Source: a virus. Taken from it: 64,000 nucleotides of DNA. The translations under genes and the position numbers were made by a program. Where the stretch lies: positions 17,807 through 81,806 of IMG/VR virus record IMGVR_UViG_3300032883_000188; one strand, written 5' to 3'. Positions 57,575 through 64,000 of the stretch are shown here, one piece after another. The notes under the pieces were generated by a model, which was not told the origin of the DNA, ran no database searches, and saw nothing but the letters and a program-made list of their open reading frames with translations. Numbering within the stretch: position 1 is the stretch's first letter; each line of letters opens with the position of its first letter.

Positions 57575-60211
57575 CTAATGGTGAACGCAGGTGGTGTTTA
57601 TATAGGGAATTGCGGGATGTAAGGCAGTCCAAGAGTGTAAATCAGACCACCAGCCAGCATACCATGTGTAATAAGCGAAGCCATCCAGCGCATTTGTGTT
57701 CAAAAACTCACAACCATAGGTTTGAAGTTGGGATAAAGTAAACTGCACGGTATAAGGAGCACTGGTTGTAAAGGTTTGGATAAGATAAACCAGTTCAACC
57801 TGCCCGTTCAAACCAGCCGCAGTTAATCTTGCCCTGTCGCTGTTAATTTGTGCAAGGGCTGAATCAGTACCAACATCACAACTTCCTTCTGCACCACCCG
57901 CACAATGCTTCCATATCACAGCTACATCCATAATTCTGGAAATCTGGCTTGCCGGGAACATGCTTTCGTAATATAGACCGTTGATGTAATTCCAAACTTT
58001 GATGTCCCGTCCTTTGGATAAAGCATATGCTTTTAATTGTGTCTTTAAACCTGCCATTTCATCAAATGTCATATTTGTGCAAGTCCAGAACGATTCATGC
58101 CCGTTCAGGATGCCGATGAAATTGCTGTATTGAGTAGCAACATCCAAGAATGGTTTTACTTTGGTGATATCCCCTGTGGCACTTACTGGATAAGGCGCTT
58201 CCCAATCACAGTTGGGACGCGGATTATTCCAATCTGAAACCCAAGCTACAATATTAATATTATATGCCGCCGCACTTGTGAATACATTTCGCCATATCGT
58301 AGCACTGCCGTTCACGTCAAAATCTACCATGGCAGTATTTATGCCCCAACCAGCCAGTGTAGCAAAATCAGCATTGTTTATCACTCTGTCCACCATGTAA
58401 TATTTTGTGGTTCTAACCCCGGCGACAGGAGTATTTGTAATCGTTGGGGTAGATGGGGTAAAAGTAAAGGTTGGGAGAACTGTACCTGCAACAGTTGGAG
58501 TTCTGGTTGCTGTTGCAGTTGCGGTACGAGTTGGGGTACGAGTTGCGGTTGGAGATGATACTGGCGCAGGAGTGCTGGTAGATGCCGGAGCACCCTTTGT
58601 AAAGGTCTGTGACCAGACGCTTACGCCGTTCCTGTAGAAGTTAACTGTGAAGGATGAGCCATTGACTGAAAAAGTACCAAAGGCTATACCCGTATGATTA
58701 TCATAATAGTCTACTCTGGCAGGATAAAGATAACTTGTGTAGTTATTAGTTAACGAGGCTGGTGAAGTAAAGAATTCCTCATAAGGGTGAGTTAGACTTG
58801 CAACTCTGGTATTATCCATGTGTATCCAAGCCTCGAGATGCTCGTGCCCGTGAATGGTGGCAGAGATAATCGGGTGTTTGTTTACAAGATTAATAAAAGT
58901 GGTTGAAGTACAACTTGCGTCTGTTTTTGCCGAGCAGTTTGAATGAACGCTTTCGATTGGGTATTCCCCACCGTGAAAGTATATAAATGCATGGGTCAGA
59001 CCAATGCTTTCAGCATAAGTCAGGCGTGCATCCATAAAACTGTATTCGGTGGCATCTATCTGACCCGTATCCCCCGGAGAATCTACGGTGATAAACATGG
59101 AATTTCCGTACTGGAAACTGTAGGTCATGTAGTAATTAGCAGAATTGATTGGCGTGTAATTAGTTATACCAGCAGGGTCAACCCTGATATTCGGGCTGGT
59201 TGAGAAGAAGTTCTCCCAAGTAACAGCATCCCCGGAGTTCTCGTTGTCATGATTGCCTCTGGTAAAGTAGGTCTTATTGAATATGCCGCCGTTCTTGATG
59301 GCGTTTGTCTTTGAAATCAGTTCAGCGGAAGTCATACTGGCGTCCATAAGGTCGCCGTTAAAAAGAACAAAGGCAGGATTTAAACCGTTTATGTAGGTTG
59401 ATGCAGTTTGTAATTGAGTAGAACCTAGTTGTGAATCACTCATGGATGCGAATGTAAATCCGCCTCCCGGTACGGTTGGTACTAGCGTAAACGTGCTTGT
59501 AGGAACGCTAGGTGTAAATGTAGCGGTTGATGTTCTGGTAGCGCTTGCTGTAGCAGTAGAACTAGCTGTGAAAGTCAGAGTAGGAGTTTTACTGGCTGTA
59601 ACTGTAAAGGTTGGTGTCCTGCTAGGGGTGAAGGTAAACGTGAACGTAGGTACAACAGGAGTAGCCGTACTTGTTGAAGTGTTTGTTACCGTTGTTGCTG
59701 TACTTGTAAACGTGCTTGTAGGTACAGTTGGCGTACTCGTGCGCGTACTCGTAGGTACAGTTGATGTACTTGTAGGAACTGTTGCTGTACTCGTGCGTGT
59801 ATTTGTAGGTACAGTTGCCGTAAAAGTAGGTGTAAACGTTTTACTTGCCGTACTTGTAGGCGTGAACGTATTGGTTGGAGTTAAACTTGAAGTAGCAGTA
59901 AAAGTAGCCGTACTTGTTCTGGTGACCGTTGCCGTACTCGTTTTGCTTGAAGTAGGAGTACTGGTAAATGTATCTGTTGGAGGTACGGGAGTTTCTGTTT
60001 CTGTGTCTGTCGGAGGAATAAGCGTTTCCGTCTCCGTGCTTGTTGGAGGGATAAGCGTTTCTGTAAATGTCGGAGTATATGTATTGCTACTGGTTACAGT
60101 GGCAACCCTTGTCTTTGTAATTGTTGCTGTTGGTGTTGGCGTGCTAGTTATGGGAACACAACCAATAAAAATAAACGAGATTAATATTACGAGCGCAAAA
60201 AATTTCCTCAT
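57575..60211 (-). CDS. lipoprotein: Thr-rich stalk + metallophosphoesterase + glycoside-hydrolase-like domain
   Basis: Signal peptide with FIGC lipobox; long T/P/S repeats; SDSQ, GDL, GNHD, GHEH; second T-rich linker; C-terminal catalytic-like domain. Confidence 0.78.
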   Translation of the reverse strand: MRKFFALVILISFIFIGCVPITSTPTPTATITKTRVATVTSSNTYTPTFTETLIPPTSTETETLIPPTDTETETPVPPTDTFTSTPTSSKTSTATVTRTSTATFTATSSLTPTNTFTPTSTASKTFTPTFTATVPTNTRTSTATVPTSTSTVPTSTRTSTPTVPTSTFTSTATTVTNTSTSTATPVVPTFTFTFTPSRTPTFTVTASKTPTLTFTASSTATASATRTSTATFTPSVPTSTFTLVPTVPGGGFTFASMSDSQLGSTQLQTASTYINGLNPAFVLFNGDLMDASMTSAELISKTNAIKNGGIFNKTYFTRGNHDNENSGDAVTWENFFSTSPNIRVDPAGITNYTPINSANYYMTYSFQYGNSMFITVDSPGDTGQIDATEYSFMDARLTYAESIGLTHAFIYFHGGEYPIESVHSNCSAKTDASCTSTTFINLVNKHPIISATIHGHEHLEAWIHMDNTRVASLTHPYEEFFTSPASLTNNYTSYLYPARVDYYDNHTGIAFGTFSVNGSSFTVNFYRNGVSVWSQTFTKGAPASTSTPAPVSSPTATRTPTRTATATATRTPTVAGTVLPTFTFTPSTPTITNTPVAGVRTTKYYMVDRVINNADFATLAGWGINTAMVDFDVNGSATIWRNVFTSAAAYNINIVAWVSDWNNPRPNCDWEAPYPVSATGDITKVKPFLDVATQYSNFIGILNGHESFWTCTNMTFDEMAGLKTQLKAYALSKGRDIKVWNYINGLYYESMFPASQISRIMDVAVIWKHCAGGAEGSCDVGTDSALAQINSDRARLTAAGLNGQVELVYLIQTFTTSAPYTVQFTLSQLQTYGCEFLNTNALDGFAYYTWYAGWWSDLHSWTALHPAIPYINTTCVHH

Positions 60212-61008
60212 GTCACCGTCCTTTCTTTGTTATCTATTTTCCATCTGGCTTTGCGCTCTTTTTCAAGGAGCGCCGCACAGGTTTTACAATATTTTTGTTT
60301 ATTGTTGTTTTTGACTATCTCTCTGCCGCAATTGTCACAATAACCAAATGCGGTATTTTTACCAAAGAATAAGTTATAATATTCCAGCACGTCATCAAGA
60401 TTTAGCATATCAATACCATCGGAGGACTTGTCCACGTACTCGAGACGAATAAGTTCCTTCTCAGCGTTATAGAACGTAAAGAATTCGCTGTACTTATGAA
60501 ATATCTTGGCTAAATCTATCTCACTGATGTTCTTTACTTTGGAAAGCCTGATTATATCCAATAAGTTGTTATAATGGACGTAATAATTATTTGAAACCTT
60601 CAATTCTGCCTTGGTGTGACGGGCATTCCTGTGTTTCAATGCTTTTGCCAGTATAAGGGTTGCAAAGAGCAGTTTTCTGTCCCTGTCATTCGAAACGAGC
60701 TTTAACTGGCTTATTTCCTTTTTGGAAACAGAAATACATTCTATCTTGCGCAAATCATAATTCATTGCAGAGCGCACCCATTTTTTGATGGCTTCCGCCT
60801 CCACAACCGGGTTGAAGTTCTTGTCCTGTTCTGTAGAAAAACGAATGAGTTCCCTTTCGAGGCGTACTGCGCCATAACTAAATTGTTGCTTTAAATATTT
60901 GGCTACCGTGTACATCTGGCTGTAATCTATGCCATTTGTAAACCCGTTGGTTAGAATGGACAAGGCATCCCGCTCTTCGTTAAAGGAAAAGGCTTTTTTA
61001 TTTCTCAT
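60208..61008 (-). CDS. conserved protein with C-terminal Zn finger, coupled to the RNAP gene
   Basis: CDNCG...QKYCKTC; overlaps the RNAP stop. Confidence 0.7.
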   Translation of the reverse strand: MRNKKAFSFNEERDALSILTNGFTNGIDYSQMYTVAKYLKQQFSYGAVRLERELIRFSTEQDKNFNPVVEAEAIKKWVRSAMNYDLRKIECISVSKKEISQLKLVSNDRDRKLLFATLILAKALKHRNARHTKAELKVSNNYYVHYNNLLDIIRLSKVKNISEIDLAKIFHKYSEFFTFYNAEKELIRLEYVDKSSDGIDMLNLDDVLEYYNLFFGKNTAFGYCDNCGREIVKNNNKQKYCKTCAALLEKERKARWKIDNKERTVT

Positions 61009-63742
61009 ACAAGTCCTCCAAGGCGAACTCTTTTATGGTGTATCTATTCCAGAGATATTCAACTTCGCCATCGTCCGACTGCACAGGGAACTTGATGATA
61101 CCGGAGGAGTTCTTGGTAATGTTCTGCAACATGCCCTGTGGAAACATGCGCCATGGGAATTCCACCATGGAGACTTCCCCGCCGTAGGTCGCCTCGACTG
61201 CATAGTTGGCAAGTTCAGCATCGTTGGAACTGATGTTCGCCACGCACTCCTTGCGGAGATAGGCGATAAAAGCGTCCAGACTTTCGTAGGTATTCTTCAA
61301 GTCAGTTCGCAGACCACGCTTGTAGGCTTTGTATTCTCCAAGATAGGTTTTCATCTGTGTAAAAAGATAGGCATTCAATTCCATGCTTTCGTCTTTCAGT
61401 GCCCTGTAATCGAAATCCTGTGAAGACTTGCTTGAATATTTTCCAATCAAGCCAAGGTTTGCACGCATATAGCGGCTGATACGATTGACGGTTGAATTAT
61501 TGTCCACAAAGAAAGAGTGACGCAAATATTCATCAACCATCTTTTGTTCTTCTTCTGTGTGGGTTTCGGTTTTAAAAATATCATCAAAGGACTTGCTGAA
61601 TACAAGCTGGCTGTAGATGTTGTACTTTTTAAGTTCCTTGTTGTACCTGCTCATGTAGTGTGGGTAGAGAAAGCGAAAGAAGGATGGTCTGACTTCGCAT
61701 AGTATTTTATTATTGAACTCCCATTTGGCTTTTTCGTCCGGAGTCATATCTTCTGTGATTTTCTTCCATTTTGTCCAGTGCTCACGAAAAGGCGGGACTT
61801 TTAAACCTTTAACCCCATCGATGATTTCGCCCTGTATGACTCTGCCTATCTTCAAGCGTTTCAGGATAGTTTCGCGCTCAGGACTGCCCCATGGAAATTC
61901 TTCCAGCAGACAGTAGTATGAACTGGATATGTTGGTAGCAAAACCAACTTTGCTATTATAACCGTTCAACTGTCCTTCGACCTGCTTTTTGTCATCCCGG
62001 GAGTCAACTATTTCCTTTTCGGCTTTCTGGCTCTCGTAGATGATTGGTAACCCGTTCATTTTGCCTTTCAGCATGGTCAAGTTGTTCATGGTGCATACGA
62101 GGTCGCCATCAAAGTCACTGCCCCCATGGATGGCACAGTCTATACCTATTCCGTTGGCTGGAAAGATTATACCACTGTGTATATGCGCAAACCACTTTTT
62201 CAAGACAGGCTTATCCTGCAAATTAAGAATGTTGAATTCAGAGTGATGCACAATTGGACTGCGGATAGCCCCCACTGTTCCAATGCCACGCTTTAACCAG
62301 TATTCGGAGTAATATTCCCCGTCTTTTAATAACGATTCATGCTCTATGTGAAACATATGACAGGCTTGATAAAAAGGGTCGCCTATCATGAACTGGTAGT
62401 TGGAGTTTATCAACAGACTACCCATGTAGGATTCTTTTTTCTTTTTCTTGATGGTCTTAATAAACTTTTCCTGTATGTACTTGTCTCTTGACAAGGCGGG
62501 GTTGAGCAGGATGGCTTTAACCGTGGTGTCCATCTTGTCGAAGTCCTTTGGTTCGAAATTGGCTTCGCCTGTCGCATAGATAACCATATCATCGGCGCTC
62601 TCGCCGCTGATATTCCTAGCCCATGATACTGTTGGTTCGCATAGATTTGCGATATCAACATTGTTTAACTTCAACACTTGTAAAAACTGATAGCTTGTGC
62701 GGGAATGACTGTGTTCTATTTTCGGGTTGACTTTTGTTACGGAAAAGCCAAGTCCGTTCTGTTTACATTTGGCAACGTATTCTTCGGTACTGCCATAAGC
62801 AGACATGAGTTTAAACATCGACTCGGATATAATCAGGTCAACGGTATGAACATCACGCTCAATACCATAGGAGTCTGTGAACCAGTTGGTCTTGCTTATC
62901 TCACTGGCAAAGGCTTCCAAGTCGAATACGGTAATCAAACCTTTTAGGAAAGGCGCACGAATGATGGCACAACTGAAAACGTAGTCCAGTTCCAGTTCTT
63001 CGCTCCACCGTGCCGCCAGCCTTGGACTTATCAAGCCCTGTCCATCCCAAGCGTTTGCTTTGATGGTGTAATCTTTTTCAACTACATCATCGTCTTCGCC
63101 AATACCTTTATAAGTAACAAAATCAACTTTACGTATCGTCTCGATTTCTTTGTCGGGTATGACCGCAAAGTTTGGAAAAGAGACAGGTAAGGTTGATGAA
63201 GCATACAAGGAAAAATACGCACCAAATTTTGCCGCTACCATTGGTACGTTCTCGTTCCTGCCATTTTCAAGAATATCCATTAAAGGATGCTTGATATTAT
63301 TATTGATGAACATGGCAGTGTTCTTGCGTATCATGCCAGAAGATGCCATGAATGGGACAAACCTGATATCGTTTACATAAAAGCCACCGCGTTTTAGGAT
63401 TGCAAGATAATGGGATTTATTTTTAAACTCGATATTTACGAGGTCTTCCACGAATAAGATTTTTTCGATTCTTTCAGTATTATTTTTAAGTTTTTCTCGG
63501 TTTTCATCGGTGTTTTCAAGCTTTCTGAACTTTTTCTGCAATTTCAGTAGAATATCCAGTTCCTTTTGACTGAAATTGATGTTTTTCATCCTAAATAGCG
63601 TTCTTAGGAGTTCAGAATTGTTAATTGTGATAACTTCACTGTTTTTTCGAGCATTGTCGAGGGTAATTTTGATATTATAGTCACTTTTTTTAAGTCGCTC
63701 GGATGAGAATTTCAACGTGTAAAATTGTTGCAACTTCTTCAA
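60998..63742 (-). CDS. YonO-like single-subunit two-barrel DNA-dependent RNA polymerase
   Basis: ASSGMIRK, KFGAYFSL, DGQGLISP, IRAPFLKG, SMFK, RSP, GGSDFDGD (DxDGD catalytic loop), IDG.K; TTG start after GGAGG. Confidence 0.88.
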   Translation of the reverse strand: MKKLQQFYTLKFSSERLKKSDYNIKITLDNARKNSEVITINNSELLRTLFRMKNINFSQKELDILLKLQKKFRKLENTDENREKLKNNTERIEKILFVEDLVNIEFKNKSHYLAILKRGGFYVNDIRFVPFMASSGMIRKNTAMFINNNIKHPLMDILENGRNENVPMVAAKFGAYFSLYASSTLPVSFPNFAVIPDKEIETIRKVDFVTYKGIGEDDDVVEKDYTIKANAWDGQGLISPRLAARWSEELELDYVFSCAIIRAPFLKGLITVFDLEAFASEISKTNWFTDSYGIERDVHTVDLIISESMFKLMSAYGSTEEYVAKCKQNGLGFSVTKVNPKIEHSHSRTSYQFLQVLKLNNVDIANLCEPTVSWARNISGESADDMVIYATGEANFEPKDFDKMDTTVKAILLNPALSRDKYIQEKFIKTIKKKKKESYMGSLLINSNYQFMIGDPFYQACHMFHIEHESLLKDGEYYSEYWLKRGIGTVGAIRSPIVHHSEFNILNLQDKPVLKKWFAHIHSGIIFPANGIGIDCAIHGGSDFDGDLVCTMNNLTMLKGKMNGLPIIYESQKAEKEIVDSRDDKKQVEGQLNGYNSKVGFATNISSSYYCLLEEFPWGSPERETILKRLKIGRVIQGEIIDGVKGLKVPPFREHWTKWKKITEDMTPDEKAKWEFNNKILCEVRPSFFRFLYPHYMSRYNKELKKYNIYSQLVFSKSFDDIFKTETHTEEEQKMVDEYLRHSFFVDNNSTVNRISRYMRANLGLIGKYSSKSSQDFDYRALKDESMELNAYLFTQMKTYLGEYKAYKRGLRTDLKNTYESLDAFIAYLRKECVANISSNDAELANYAVEATYGGEVSMVEFPWRMFPQGMLQNITKNSSGIIKFPVQSDDGEVEYLWNRYTIKEFALEDLYEK

Positions 63743-63764
63743 AAATTTGCCTCCATTATCGCAG

Positions 63765-63923
63765 TCATGTTTGAAATGCTATCAAGGGGTTTATACCAAC
63801 AATCGGATATCCTTTCTGAGCCTCTCCTCCTCTCCTCGCCTTGTGGTTAGCCTTGGCTTCTTTAAGGTCGAGGAACAGGTCATTACGTTTGGTATCGAAA
63901 CGGTACAGTAAGCCAATATTCAT
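63765..63923 (-). CDS. small hypothetical protein (52 aa; not in ORF track)
   Basis: AAGGAG RBS, ATG at 63923, TGA at 63765-63767, directly after a promoter. Confidence 0.45.
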   Translation of the reverse strand: MNIGLLYRFDTKRNDLFLDLKEAKANHKARRGGEAQKGYPIVGINPLIAFQT

Positions 63924-63952
63924 AAGAGACTCCTTATTGGAATGATGCTATA

Positions 63953-63981
63953 ATTATACCACAGAAAGTGAAATCTGTCAA
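63953..63981 (-). promoter_or_regulatory. consensus sigma70-type promoter driving the RNAP operon
   Basis: TTGACA-17-TATAAT with TGTGG extension. Confidence 0.85.
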
Positions 63982-64000
63982 GGGCGTAGACCTTCGTGGC

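Noticed and set aside
60998-63742. Eukaryotic-type RNA-dependent RNA polymerase / RNAi
   Set aside because: The DxDGD two-barrel family in SPbeta-like phages (YonO) is a DNA-dependent RNAP; the genomic context fits that.

Overview
64 kb of a large, tailed (siphovirus-like) dsDNA phage with SPbeta/c-st-like architecture. A short + strand nucleotide-metabolism block (1-4.3 kb: FmdB-type Zn ribbon, 5'-deoxynucleotidase, GMP reductase/IMPDH-like, class II RNR, MazG-like, DUF2829) converges on a ~60 kb minus-strand arm. Read right to left, that arm holds: a YonO-like single-subunit RNA polymerase; a large lipoprotein; a GH25 endolysin and holin; an island of collagen-like fibres with glycosyl-/methyltransferases; a tRNA cluster; a DUF2828 (Ro60/TROVE-like + vWA) gene; terminase, portal, ferritin, protease/scaffold, decoration and major capsid genes; neck and tail tube; a MutH-like nuclease, RuvC and a tyrosine recombinase; tape measure, GIY-YIG endonuclease, Dit, tail spike and three paralogous receptor-binding proteins. 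The most striking unannotated element is a ~780 bp array of nine structured RNA units (41364-42141, minus strand). Each has a variable-sequence closing stem followed by a conserved ACAGC(AACCCAAA) motif and a variable 'cargo'. Some cargos mimic tRNA arms (a perfect TpsiC arm, and Asn/Ile-like anticodon loops). The array lies between tRNA-Gln and the DUF2828 gene, suggesting a phage-encoded Ro60/Y-RNA-like ribonucleoprotein system. Also notable: six transcription-oriented WTAAAM-T-N5-TTTTAT sites at gene borders, apparent avoidance of GATC/CCWGG/GCWGC/GGWCC, and a tail-spike chaperone split off by stop-RBS-start. All protein calls are from motif recognition by eye; no database searches were run.
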